Counted from the first letter of the whole stretch, positions 49,261 through 59,585 are shown. The stretch is 63,878 bases of DNA, filler included, from Candidatus Woesearchaeota archaeon (GCA_046538795.1; 3 parts of 3 records of this genome joined end to end with filler, not necessarily neighbours in it); one strand, 5' to 3'. Made by a program: numbers and translations. Notes: generated by a model not told the origin, from the sequence alone.

Positions 49261-50499
49261 ATGACATTCGATATTGTGGTTTTGACAATTCTGATTATTT
49301 TGTCAGGCTTTTTTTCAAGCATTGAGACAGCTCTTATGTCTATAAGCAATGTGAAAGCAAGACAGCTTTTTGAAAAAAAGAAAAAGGGATCCAAGCATCT
49401 AAAGCTTCTTAAAGATGACCCTCACAGGCTTATTGTAACACTTCTTCTTGGAAACAATCTTGTTAATATAGGTGCAAGCGCCCTTGCAACATCTGTTGCA
49501 ATAGATCTTTTCGGAAGCTACGGAGTTGGTATTGCAACAGGAGGAATGACTCTCCTCATATTGGTTTTCGGTGAAATCTGTCCAAAAGGCATTGCGATAA
49601 ATAATGCTGAAAAGATATCTCTTAAGTTTTCTCCTCTCATCTACCTGTTAAAACAGATCCTGATGCCATTTGTTTTGGTGCTTGATAAGGTGACAAAGTT
49701 CATAACAAACATGTTTGCTCCACGAAACAATGAAGAACCGCTGGTAACTGAAGAAGAACTAAGAGATATAGTCATGATAGGCGCTAAAGAAGGATCAATA
49801 AATACGCATGAAAAAACCATGATTGACAACATATTTGAGCTTAATGATACTACAGTTGAAGAAATCATGACCCCACGGACAGATATGTTTGCAGTAAATG
49901 CCAATTCACAGATACAGTCTGTTATTGATGATGTTCTTAAGAATGGACACACAAGAATTCCTGTCTTTGAGAAATCTATGGATAATGTTACTGGAACAAT
50001 ACATGTTGCAAATCTTTTTGAAGCTGTCAACAAGAATAAGACTCATAAAAAAATAAAGTCTATCAGGAATCAGGTAAGATATGTTCCAGAGACAAAAAAA
50101 ATCGATGAACTAATAAGGGAATTTCAAACAAATAAAGAGCAGATTGCAATTGTGATCGATGAATTCGGCGGCGTATCAGGACTTGTTACAATGGAAGATA
50201 TTATTGAAGAGATAGTAGGGGAGATCTATGACGAGGGCGAAAAGATTGAATATCCTATAACAAAAAAGGGCGCAAATGAGTGGATTGTTGTTGGAAACGC
50301 AGATATTGAAGATGTTGAAAAAAAGACAAAGATAAAATTCAATGCTTCTGAAAACGTGAATACTGTAGGCGGTTATATCATGGAAATGCTTGGAAAGATC
50401 CCTAAAAAAGGAGAAAAATTTGCCATAGATGGTTTTGAGATAAAGGTCGAAAACGTAAATAGAAGAAGAGTAAAATTAGTACGGCTTGTCAAGAACTAG
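49261..50499 (+). CDS. CNNM/CorB-type protein (DUF21, CBS pair, CorC)
   Basis: SGFFSSIETA, GNNLVN, FGEICPK, MTPR, DEFGG..GLVTMEDIIEEIVGEI. Confidence 0.93.
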   Translation: MTFDIVVLTILIILSGFFSSIETALMSISNVKARQLFEKKKKGSKHLKLLKDDPHRLIVTLLLGNNLVNIGASALATSVAIDLFGSYGVGIATGGMTLLILVFGEICPKGIAINNAEKISLKFSPLIYLLKQILMPFVLVLDKVTKFITNMFAPRNNEEPLVTEEELRDIVMIGAKEGSINTHEKTMIDNIFELNDTTVEEIMTPRTDMFAVNANSQIQSVIDDVLKNGHTRIPVFEKSMDNVTGTIHVANLFEAVNKNKTHKKIKSIRNQVRYVPETKKIDELIREFQTNKEQIAIVIDEFGGVSGLVTMEDIIEEIVGEIYDEGEKIEYPITKKGANEWIVVGNADIEDVEKKTKIKFNASENVNTVGGYIMEMLGKIPKKGEKFAIDGFEIKVENVNRRRVKLVRLVKN

Positions 50500-50705
50500 T
50501 GACTAATGCAATTTTTTTCTGAACACACAAATAAGAAGATATAAAACAAAAAAGATATAAAGGATTATATATATGTATAGTTATCAGAAGAGAGTGAATA
50601 TATACGACAGTTAAAAAAGAAGATTACGATAATATAAGAGAAGACATTTCTGAATACTTAGCTGATTCTCCATCGCTTCCTGTTGAAACATGGTATCTTG
50701 ATTCA

Positions 50706-51383
50706 ATGATTAGGATTAGGACAAATCACGATGATGCTGTTGCGCTTAACCAAGAAATAGAAAGCACAAGAAGCGAACTAAGCAACTTAATTGATTCTGT
50801 AAAGACAGGAGAACCAGATCTAGAAAATATGATTGGATTGAATGAAAAGCTTAAGTCACTTGATAATTCAAGGATGAGATCATTTGATCCAACGCATGCG
50901 CCTGCGTTCATATTGGTGATGAATTACGATGGCTCTGATCCACGTCAGGAAAAATATACTTTCAATGGAGACAAATTTGATGAGCCAAAATATCCAGATT
51001 CTGGACTGTTAAACAGATTAAGAGCTATATCAAAACAAGACAATGCCTGCCTTATTTTACCAGATGGCGGATTGCTTGCAAAGCACGTCTATTTGTGCAA
51101 CCTGAACCCGGAAAGTGTTGTTAAAATGAACGGTTATGATCCTGACTCAAGCTATGATATGGCGCTTGCTCAGGGTTTCAGAAAACCTGTCGGCGCAAGA
51201 CACAGGAGCGCTCTTGCATATTCATATCACCTAAGGTCCAGAAAAGATGAATCAGGAATCATAGTATATACTCTTTCAGAAGAATCTGGTGATATAAGAC
51301 GAATGAAAAATGGCAAGATAACCCATTCTACAGTACCATTTGAAGGCCTTGAACAGGCAACCCAGAAATCGAAACCTATTTAA
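50706..51383 (+). CDS. Diadenylate cyclase (DisA_N/DAC) domain protein
   Basis: GARHRSA and LSEESG.I motifs. The DGA motif reads DNA (QDNACLI). Confidence 0.75.
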   Translation: MIRIRTNHDDAVALNQEIESTRSELSNLIDSVKTGEPDLENMIGLNEKLKSLDNSRMRSFDPTHAPAFILVMNYDGSDPRQEKYTFNGDKFDEPKYPDSGLLNRLRAISKQDNACLILPDGGLLAKHVYLCNLNPESVVKMNGYDPDSSYDMALAQGFRKPVGARHRSALAYSYHLRSRKDESGIIVYTLSEESGDIRRMKNGKITHSTVPFEGLEQATQKSKPI

Positions 51384-51412
51384 ATACCTTAGGAACACTT
51401 TTTTTCTAAGAT

Positions 51413-51508
51413 GCCTCTGTAGCTTAGCAGGTAGAGCGTGCGGCTGTTAATTCCTTATTTCAGGAAAAAGAAACCGCAAGGTCACCAGTTCGAGTCTGGT
51501 CAGAGGCG
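51413..51508 (+). tRNA. tRNA-Asn(GTT) with 23-nt intron at 37/38 (51450-51472)
   Basis: Acceptor GCCTCTG/CAGAGGC, anticodon stem TGCGG/CCGCA, BHB-like intron with TTCCT/AGGAA helix. Confidence 0.92.
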
Positions 51509-51622
51509 TTTTTATCCTTTCTATAGAATTATTCTTCATAATAATAATTTCGGAAAAGTTACAGAATTTATCTCAGTGTCTCCATAACATTTTTATACAT
51601 GTGAACCAAAAATATTCATATC

Positions 51623-52636
51623 ATGGATTTTTTAAAAAAACTAAAAAATGATTTTATTCTTTGCGCTGAAGGCTATCTCTTCGAAATGGAAAGACGCGGT
51701 TATCTTAAAGCAGGTCCTTTTGTTCCAGAAGTAACAATTGATTTTCCGAAAGCTTTAGAAGAACTTCATAATGAGTTTGTAAGAGCAGGTTCTGATGTTG
51801 TCTTGGCATTTACATATTATGCCCACAGAGACAAGCTTAAGATCATTGGACGGGAAAACGATCTTCTTAAGATGAACAAGAACGCTTTAAAGATCGCAAA
51901 AAAGGTAGCTAGAGAAAACAAGGTTCTTTTTGCAGGAAATATTTCAAACACCTGGGTGTATGATCCTAAAGATGAAAGTTCAAAAAAGACTGTAAGAAAG
52001 ATGTTCACAGAACAGGTCAGATGGGCAAAGGATGCAGGTGTTGATTTTGTAGTCGGAGAAACATTCGGCTTCTTAGGAGAAGCTGAGATCGCTCTTGATG
52101 TCATAAAATCTTTTGGTCTTAAATCAGTCATCACATATGCTGTTAATTCATCTGAAAAAACATGGGATGGTTATTCCTGGGTAGAAGCATGCAAAAGGAT
52201 AGAAGATCTGGGAGCAGATGTTGTGGGGTTAAACTGCTTAAGAGGTCCTGATACGATGATGCCTTTACTAAAAAAGATAAGAAAAGCTCTCAAAGGAAAT
52301 ATGGCCGCACTTCCAGTCCCATATCATACGACAAAAAAAGAACCCATATTCCAATCATTCAGGCACAAGGGGAAAAGGGCATTTCCTATAGATATGGATT
52401 CATATGTAATTCCAAGATGTGAAACCGCAAGGTTTGCAGCTGAAGCAAGAAAATTGGGTGTGAATTACATAGGTCTTTGCTGCGGAGCAGGCCCTCATCA
52501 CATAAGAGCCATGGCAGAAGAACTGGGGAGAACTGTTCCTGCAAGCAAGTATTCTCCTGACATGAAGCTTCACGGTTTATATGGCACAGATAAGGTTGTC
52601 AGGAAAAACTACAGGTCACATAGAAAAGACTGGTAG
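51623..52636 (+). CDS. Homocysteine S-methyltransferase (BHMT-like)
   Basis: AEGYLFEMERRGY.KAG.FVPE, GLNC..GP, GLCCG Zn ligands. Confidence 0.9.
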   Translation: MDFLKKLKNDFILCAEGYLFEMERRGYLKAGPFVPEVTIDFPKALEELHNEFVRAGSDVVLAFTYYAHRDKLKIIGRENDLLKMNKNALKIAKKVARENKVLFAGNISNTWVYDPKDESSKKTVRKMFTEQVRWAKDAGVDFVVGETFGFLGEAEIALDVIKSFGLKSVITYAVNSSEKTWDGYSWVEACKRIEDLGADVVGLNCLRGPDTMMPLLKKIRKALKGNMAALPVPYHTTKKEPIFQSFRHKGKRAFPIDMDSYVIPRCETARFAAEARKLGVNYIGLCCGAGPHHIRAMAEELGRTVPASKYSPDMKLHGLYGTDKVVRKNYRSHRKDW

Positions 52637-52681
52637 CTAAATGAAAATATTTTTATAATCATTTCTCATCTTTTAATTTTT

Positions 52682-53149
52682 ATGGAATCCCCAATTATAG
52701 GCATGGTGTTGTTCCTCCTCCTGATGTTTGCAATGGCACATCTTGTTTTCATAGGAACTGGCCAGATATATACAATGAAGACATCTGTTGATTCAAGGGT
52801 CATAGACGATACAAAGAAAAATTCTGAAATCAGCATAATTGGGATCGAGTGTTCTTATGATCACAACCTGAATACAACAAACATCCTTGTTAACAATACA
52901 GGAAAAGAAAAGCTTCATCTTAAAAGGATAGACTTATATTATCCAGAAAGGGTTCCAAGAAATGAGTCAAACAGGACCATGAACATAACAAAAGAGACTG
53001 ATCTTATAGATCCTGGACTATGGAATCCTAAAGAGATACTTAATATAACCATTTTCAAAAAATTAACCAATCTATCTGAGAATATGTTTATTGTAGTTAA
53101 CGAATATGGTTCATCTGCAAAAACCAAATGTAATTCTACTTTTGGATAA
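52682..53149 (+). CDS. FlaF/FlaG-like surface protein
   Basis: N-terminal TM, V.NTG...L, W.P.E.L.I, V.EYG. Confidence 0.55.
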   Translation: MESPIIGMVLFLLLMFAMAHLVFIGTGQIYTMKTSVDSRVIDDTKKNSEISIIGIECSYDHNLNTTNILVNNTGKEKLHLKRIDLYYPERVPRNESNRTMNITKETDLIDPGLWNPKEILNITIFKKLTNLSENMFIVVNEYGSSAKTKCNSTFG

Positions 53150-53255
53150 ATTCTGATACAATTTGATCAGAACGATTGAAAAACCATAACATAAGTGTAT
53201 TCAATAAAAAACTTTATATATAAACTAGGATTTTTTCGAATAATCATAAGACAAA

Positions 53256-53329
53256 GGACCCGTAGCTTAGCCTGGTGGAGTGCTCGACTGATAATCGAGT
53301 GGTCCGGAGTTCAAATCTCCGCGGGTCCA
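53256..53329 (+). tRNA. tRNA-Ile(GAT)
   Basis: Acceptor GGACCCG/CGGGTCC, anticodon arm CTCGA-CTGATAA-TCGAG, T-loop TTCAAAT. Confidence 0.96.
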
Positions 53330-53361
53330 TCTTATTTCTTTTTAATTATTTTTTTAAGTTA

Positions 53362-53418
53362 GAGATTTGACTCCTGACATGTCCGGTGTTCAAACGCAAG
53401 AAATTTTCAAGGAAAATT
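53362..53418. repeat. Degenerate inverted and direct copies of the tRNA-Ile T-arm followed by an AT-rich hairpin
   Basis: GAGATTTGA-CTCCTGAC (53362-53378) versus the tRNA reverse complement GAGATTTGAACTCCGGAC. GTCCGGTGTTCAAA (53381-53394) matches 53302-53315 at 13/14. Hairpin AATTTTC-AAG-GAAAATT follows. Confidence 0.8.
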
Positions 53419-53426
53419 CATATTGA

Positions 53427-54422
53427 TTAGGCAGACCGCCTTCCAGAAGAAAGACCATATTTTTTTAAGAATAAGTTTTTGATCACAAGACCAAATTCAT
53501 ATTTTGGAGTTCCGTTGCCTGCAACATGTATGACCCATGTACTACTTAATTCATCACCATTATTTGAAATAATGCCTGCATAGACACAAATGCCTTCTTT
53601 TCCTTTGATTCCTTCTGCATGCTGACCAGTAAAATTTTCACAACGTATCTCGATTACAGGAGGCATTGCGGCTATTTTTCGTTTCACATCAAAGAACAAT
53701 GCATAATTGACAGCAGGTCTTGGACCAGTAAATTTAATACCAAAACCATTTTTTTTGATAAAATCCACATCATTTAAAACACCTGATTTGATTTCACGAA
53801 TCAGTTTAGGAGCATAAAATTGCCTTAGAACGTTTATTGCATAGTTTTTAGATTGGTTGTCTGAAAAATTATCGAGATTAACAACAGAAACATTAGATGG
53901 AAATTTTGTACTAGGAACTTTAATAAAGTTATGTTCAGATTCAGGAACAGTTTTCACAAGTTCCTTTGTCTCATCTATTATTTCTCCGATAAGAACAGAA
54001 AGGCCTTCATCCATTTTTATTGTCTGTAATATTTCGCTTTGCACTTTTTTGAATTGTTCATCTGAAAGTGTTTTCTCAAGCTCTTTAACCTGTTTTTCAA
54101 GATCGCCTCCTTTTGCAAGTATTGCAAGAAGATTTCTTCTGAAAAAATCAGCTTTTTGCAATAGAGCCATCATTTTCTTGTATTCGTAAGGATTGGAACC
54201 TTTAAAATCTATAAGTGCCTCTTCAAGCTTAACAAATGAATTGTTAAAATGCTTTTCGATTTTCTCTTCCCTGTTAAGCTTTCTTTCAATATGCTTTATC
54301 TCCTTTGCCTTGTCATTGGCTGAAACAGCTTTTTCTACCAGTCTTTTCAGTACAAGAAGCTCATGCAGTTCTTTGTGAAGATTTCTTTTTGATATCTTTT
54401 CAAGACTTTCAATCTTTGTCAT
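53427..54422 (-). CDS. Hypothetical protein with N-terminal coiled coil and C-terminal alpha/beta domain
   Basis: E/K-rich heptads over roughly the first 155 aa. Confidence 0.7.
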   Translation of the reverse strand: MTKIESLEKISKRNLHKELHELLVLKRLVEKAVSANDKAKEIKHIERKLNREEKIEKHFNNSFVKLEEALIDFKGSNPYEYKKMMALLQKADFFRRNLLAILAKGGDLEKQVKELEKTLSDEQFKKVQSEILQTIKMDEGLSVLIGEIIDETKELVKTVPESEHNFIKVPSTKFPSNVSVVNLDNFSDNQSKNYAINVLRQFYAPKLIREIKSGVLNDVDFIKKNGFGIKFTGPRPAVNYALFFDVKRKIAAMPPVIEIRCENFTGQHAEGIKGKEGICVYAGIISNNGDELSSTWVIHVAGNGTPKYEFGLVIKNLFLKKYGLSSGRRSA

Positions 54423-54521
54423 ATATCTTGAATTGATTCATTCATATAAAAATCTTATTGAATTCAAGATTATCTTAATGAAGAGATAAATTTTTAAAAG
54501 GACACAGAATCCCCCAATCTT

Positions 54522-54770
54522 ATGGATAATTCAACCATAGACACAAAAATAGTACAGGATGCACGCAAATATCTGGACAGGATAAAGGCATTTCATGAAC
54601 GAAATGGACCTCATCCTGAAATCCCTAAAACACCTGCAGAAATAGCAGCGAACAACCTATATCTTTCAAGGATGCCTCCGCTTAATCCAAGATATAAAGG
54701 AACCCAAGGATTGTATGAGATAGAAGATCATGATATAATGAGATTTTACCAAAAATTTCATAAAAAATAG
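54522..54770 (+). CDS. Hypothetical protein
   Basis: 82-aa ORF with upstream TTTTTAAAA TATA element. Confidence 0.55.
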   Translation: MDNSTIDTKIVQDARKYLDRIKAFHERNGPHPEIPKTPAEIAANNLYLSRMPPLNPRYKGTQGLYEIEDHDIMRFYQKFHKK

Positions 54771-54779
54771 TTGTATAAA

Positions 54780-55526
54780 TCAGATTTCTGAATCAGGATC
54801 ATATGCAGAAAATCTTGAAAATACTTTTTTCATATATTTTTCGCTGTTATGTATAATCTCTTTCCATCCTTTTTCTTTAAGTTCATCTCTAAGGAAAGCT
54901 ATCTGAGAATTTCCATCACCAAAATCTACACCCAAAGGATAGTTTTTCAACCAGAAATTGAGTATGTTAAACGCTTCATATCCTGGATAACCAGTCGTAG
55001 CTCTTGCCAGGTTCTCATCAAGGCCTTTTAACCTTACAAGAAGAGCATAGTTATATGCAGTATTGTTATTCATGTTCTCATTCAAATTATTTGCTGTATC
55101 AAAGCATGATTTACTCACATGCCTAAAAGCGCTTCTTGGATCCTCATGAACTGCATAAGGCTTGTTATCAAGATATTTTGAAAAAGATCTTTTGACTATA
55201 TCAACAACTGTTTCATCTTCAAGAAGCTTATCCTCGATGGATTTCATAGGAGATATTTTTGCAAACTGATGTTTTGACAGAGCAAACTCTACCAGCTTGA
55301 TAACAATCTCAGAACCTCCTTCAGATTCCATCAAGTAGGGATCAAATCCCAAATCGACAATGTCGTTTTTAGAATCAACTTTTACATATACAGACGAATC
55401 AATAGGATTAAGCTTAAAATCAGGAATGTGCTCTGGAAAATAATCTATACAAGCCCACTCGACAACTTTTCTGAACTTGTCTGTATATTTTGTTGGTGCA
55501 TAGACGGTAATTTCGTTCAGGTCCAT
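54780..55526 (-). CDS. Hypothetical protein
   Basis: 248-aa ORF. Confidence 0.65.
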   Translation of the reverse strand: MDLNEITVYAPTKYTDKFRKVVEWACIDYFPEHIPDFKLNPIDSSVYVKVDSKNDIVDLGFDPYLMESEGGSEIVIKLVEFALSKHQFAKISPMKSIEDKLLEDETVVDIVKRSFSKYLDNKPYAVHEDPRSAFRHVSKSCFDTANNLNENMNNNTAYNYALLVRLKGLDENLARATTGYPGYEAFNILNFWLKNYPLGVDFGDGNSQIAFLRDELKEKGWKEIIHNSEKYMKKVFSRFSAYDPDSEI

Positions 55527-55622
55527 TATAAAAAGAAGCAGAAATTTATTTATAAATCTTGCTTCCCGCTGCTAAAATTCAAATCATAAACTATTTAAAC
55601 CACTTAATTTTAAAATCAACTG

Positions 55623-56063
55623 ATGGGGAAAAAGAATCTTTCACTCAAAGGCAAAAAAAGAGATGAACTTATAACTATCCTTCAATCTATACAGGAAAAA
55701 GAAGGTTTTCTTTCTAAAGAGAAATTAAGAGACACTGCAAAGGATATGAACATACCATTTGCTGAAGTCTATGGTGTTTCTACATTCTACAATTTTTTCA
55801 AATTCAAGAAAGAAGGAAAATACCAAATACAGGTATGCAGAGGAACCGCCTGCCATATTAAGGGCTCAGGCACCTTGTTTGAATACCTTAAAAAGAAACT
55901 GAACATAGAAGACAAGGAAACCACAGGAGATGGACTTTTCACACTTCAGGCAGTTAATTGTCTTGGAACATGCTCTCTTGCTCCATGCATGATGATCAAC
56001 GGAACTGTATATTCAAAACTCACAGAAAAAAAAATAGATGAAATACTATCACAGCTGAAATAA
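55623..56063 (+). CDS. hydC: NuoE-like [2Fe-2S] subunit of a trimeric [FeFe]-hydrogenase
   Basis: VSTFY..F, VCRGTACH, CLGTC.LAP. Confidence 0.9.
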   Translation: MGKKNLSLKGKKRDELITILQSIQEKEGFLSKEKLRDTAKDMNIPFAEVYGVSTFYNFFKFKKEGKYQIQVCRGTACHIKGSGTLFEYLKKKLNIEDKETTGDGLFTLQAVNCLGTCSLAPCMMINGTVYSKLTEKKIDEILSQLK

Positions 56064-56064
56064 G

Positions 56065-57783
56065 ATGTCAAGAAAAGATTTAGAAAAGATAACTATTGGA
56101 ATGGCGACCTGTGGAATCGCTTCTGGCGCAGATGTAGTCAAAAAAGAGCTTGAAAAACAGGCAAAGGATATTTTAATAGAAAAGGTTGGATGTCTAGGAT
56201 CTTGCTATCTGGAACCTATAGTTGAACTTAGGTTTAAGGATAAATCGCTTTATTTCAAGCAGGTAAATAAAGAGACCATCCCAAAGATAATCTCTGCGAT
56301 AGATAACCCCGAAGCAGTTGAAAAAGAGCTTCTTATAGATTTTGAAGATCCTTTCTTTAAGAAACAGGTAAAGCTTGTTACGAAAAATGTTGGAAAGATA
56401 GATCCATTCTCACTTGAAGAATATGAAAAGACAGGAGGATTTGAAGGCCTTAAAAAAGCGATCGAAAATTCTCCAGAGCAAATAATCGAAACAATTAAAA
56501 CATCTAAATTAAGAGGCAGAGGCGGTGCTGGCGCACCTACATCCATGAAATGGACTTTTATCGCAAAAGCTGAAAAACCCAAATATCTCATCTGCAATGC
56601 AGATGAAGGAGATCCCGGAGCATTCATGAACAGGGCAATATTGGAATCAGACCCATTCAGGCTTTTTGAAGGTATGTTAATCGGAGCATATGCAACTGGC
56701 TGCGAACAAGGAATAATATATGCCAGGGCAGAATATCCTCTTGCAATAAAGACTTTAGAAAACGCAATTGAACAACTTAAGAAAAAAAAGTTGTTAGGAA
56801 AAAACATACTGGGAAAGTTTGATTTTGACATCATCATAAAAAAAGGCGCAGGAGCTTTTGTATGCGGAGAAGAAACTGCACTTATGAAATCTGTTGAAGG
56901 AAGAAGAGGCATGCCTCAGACAAGGCCCCCGTATCCTGCTGAAAGAGGAGTTTACGAAAGGCCTACAAACATAAATAATGTAGGAACATTCTGCCATGTA
57001 GCAACAATATTTCAGATTGGCGTAAATGAATATATCAAATACGGTACAGAAAAGACTGGTGGAACAAAGATAATATGCATTGCAGGAAAAGCAGATAATG
57101 CAGGAGTAATCGAAGTTCCTTTTGGAATTTCTCTTAAAGAAATCATATATGATATTGCAAAAGCACCTGCAAATTTCAAAGCAGTACAATGCGGAGGACC
57201 ATCTGGCGGGTGCATACCTAAAGACAAGATAGACATTCCTTATGATTATGAGACAATACAATCTCTGGGAGCCATAGTCGGTTCAGGCGGCATGATTTTC
57301 ATGGATTCAAAAAACGACATGGTCGATGTCGCACGATATTTTCTTAATTTCACAAAAGAAGAAAGCTGCGGAAAATGCATACCATGCAGGGAAGGAACAT
57401 TTAGATTATATGAGCTTCTTGAACGTTTTCTGTCGCACAGGGTTTCTGAAGACGATATTGATTTTGCAGAAAAGATGTGCTACTATATCAAGGATTCTGC
57501 AGTGTGCGGTCTGGGACAGACTGCTCCAAACCCAGTACTTACAACCCTCAAGTATTTTAGAAATGAATATGAAAATTATATCATAAAAGACGATTTTAAG
57601 ACATATTTCATAACCCAAAAATGTGTCGGATGCGATCAGTGTACAACTGTGTGTCCGCAAAAATGTATATCGGGAGACAAAGGCAAGCTCCACACGATTG
57701 ATCAGGAGAAATGCATCGAGTGCGGCGCCTGTTACAAGCAGTGCAAATTTGATGCGATCATAACAAGAGCAGATGATGAATAG
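56065..57783 (+). CDS. hydB: NuoF-like FMN/NAD(H) diaphorase subunit of a trimeric [FeFe]-hydrogenase
   Basis: RGRGGAG, NADEGDPGAFM, CGEETAL, GGPSGG, ESCGKCIPCREG, C-terminal 2[4Fe-4S]. Confidence 0.92.
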   Translation: MSRKDLEKITIGMATCGIASGADVVKKELEKQAKDILIEKVGCLGSCYLEPIVELRFKDKSLYFKQVNKETIPKIISAIDNPEAVEKELLIDFEDPFFKKQVKLVTKNVGKIDPFSLEEYEKTGGFEGLKKAIENSPEQIIETIKTSKLRGRGGAGAPTSMKWTFIAKAEKPKYLICNADEGDPGAFMNRAILESDPFRLFEGMLIGAYATGCEQGIIYARAEYPLAIKTLENAIEQLKKKKLLGKNILGKFDFDIIIKKGAGAFVCGEETALMKSVEGRRGMPQTRPPYPAERGVYERPTNINNVGTFCHVATIFQIGVNEYIKYGTEKTGGTKIICIAGKADNAGVIEVPFGISLKEIIYDIAKAPANFKAVQCGGPSGGCIPKDKIDIPYDYETIQSLGAIVGSGGMIFMDSKNDMVDVARYFLNFTKEESCGKCIPCREGTFRLYELLERFLSHRVSEDDIDFAEKMCYYIKDSAVCGLGQTAPNPVLTTLKYFRNEYENYIIKDDFKTYFITQKCVGCDQCTTVCPQKCISGDKGKLHTIDQEKCIECGACYKQCKFDAIITRADDE

Positions 57784-57833
57784 GATCATCTTCAATATCA
57801 AGATAATACTCAAAAACCAACACAAGATAAAAA

Positions 57834-58847
57834 ATGGCAAAAATAGTTATCAATGAACAGGAAATTGAAGCAGACACAAATGAAACAATACTGGATGTAG
57901 CATTCAGGATAGGACTTGAGATACCTCATTTTTGTTATGAAGAAAAGGTTTCAAGACCTGCCGGTTGCAGGATGTGTGTCGTTGAAGTTGATGGTGCAAG
58001 AAGCCTTCTTCCATCTTGTGTTACAAAAGTAAAAGATGGCATGATAATAAAAACCCATTCAAAACGTGTCCTTGACTCAAGAAAGATGACTTTGCAGCTT
58101 CTTATGGCTAATCATCCTTCATGTCTCCAGTGTTCAAGAAACGGAAACTGCAAGCTTCAGAAGTACTGTGAAGAGCTTATGATTGATGAGCAGATTTTCA
58201 AACCAAACAGAGATATGAAAAAAGATTCCAATACTGTTATGACAAGAGATAACAGGCTTTGCATACTTTGCGGTCAATGCGTGAGATATTGTGATGAAAT
58301 TCAAAGCGTCCACGCAATCGATTTTATGAAACGAGGGGTAAATACATACATAGGATGCGCTATGGATATGCCTATAGATGAAAGCGTCTGCGTCGGATGC
58401 GGACAATGCGTGCTTCATTGCCCGACAGGAGCATTGGAAGAAAGATATGAAATCGAGCCTGTTGTAAACCTGCTTAACCAGTCGATTGAAGACACAGACA
58501 AATATCATCTTGTAGCTCAGATCGCACCTTCTGTAAGAGTGACTGCAGGCGAATTATTTGGCTATGAGCCTGGAACTATTATTACAGGAAAACTCGTTTC
58601 TGCCCTTAAAAAGATGGGTTTTGATGCTGTGCATGATACGAATTTCAGTGCAGACTTAACTATTGTTGAAGAAGCAAACGAACTTATCGAAAGGATAAAA
58701 AATAAAGGTACACTTCCTATGTTCACATCTTGTTGTCCAGGCTGGGTTAATTTCTTTGAAAGGTTTTATCCAGAGATGGAAGATCACCTGTCATCATGCA
58801 AGAGTCCCCAACAGATGCATGGTGCAATAACAAAAACATACTATGCA
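57834..58847 (+). CDS. hydA: [FeFe]-hydrogenase catalytic subunit, group A3-like, truncated at contig end
   Basis: [2Fe-2S], HxxCxxC, two CxxCxxC clusters, APSVR, D..FSADLTI.EE, H-cluster motif TSCCPGW, SSCKSPQQM. Confidence 0.93.
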
Positions 58848-58947
58848 NNNNNNNNNNNNNNNNNNNNNNNNNNNNNNNNNNNNNNNNNNNNTTAATTAAT
58901 TAANNNNNNNNNNNNNNNNNNNNNNNNNNNNNNNNNNNNNNNNNNNN
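58848..58947. other. Artificial contig linker
   Basis: 100-nt N run containing TTAATTAATTAA. Confidence 0.97.
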
Positions 58948-59585
58948 GTTATTGCAAGTATCTTATTTATTGGTACTGAGCGGTATTTAATTAGGAATTC
59001 TATTCTTTTCGTAAGGACAGTTGTTTTTCCTGAGCCTGCTCCTGCTATGCAGAGTATCCTTTGAGAATTATCAATTATGGCTTTTTTCTGCTCATCATTA
59101 TATTTTCCCAAAAAAAAATCAAGATTAGAAAATATCTTTTTATCTTCTTCAGTGATCTCAGTTATTTTTTTTATGCAGGTGCTAAAAGTCTCAAGTGTAG
59201 AACCAGTCTCATCAGGATTTGAAAGCTCAGTTCTGCCTTTTGCAGTAAGCATAATCACAGGCATAAACTTGTTCTGCGGAAGCTTTGATATCTCAATAAG
59301 TCCGTTTAATACCATCTTATCTACAAGATCATAGATGTCCCTATAATCATAAAGATCAAGCGCTCCAAAACCAAGAGAGCTGTCAAGTGAAAGACGCTTT
59401 ATCCTTGATGTACTCTCACCTCTCAAGACCTCTGCAAGAAGCTTTCTTCCCACAGGATAATCCAGTTCATCAATCAGCCTTAACACATGTACATGGTCAG
59501 GAATCTGATTGTCCAGCACAGAAAGCTCTTTTTTTATACCCTCCGGAAGCTTAAGAGAACCATCTTCATCAAACTCGATATCCAT
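58948..59585 (-). CDS. UvrD/PcrA-like helicase with N-terminal RQC-like domain, 3' truncated
   Basis: G...LAEVLRG, FGAL, LT.KG (RQC-like), then N.EQ..AI, AGAGSGKT, ILAI. Confidence 0.88.
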
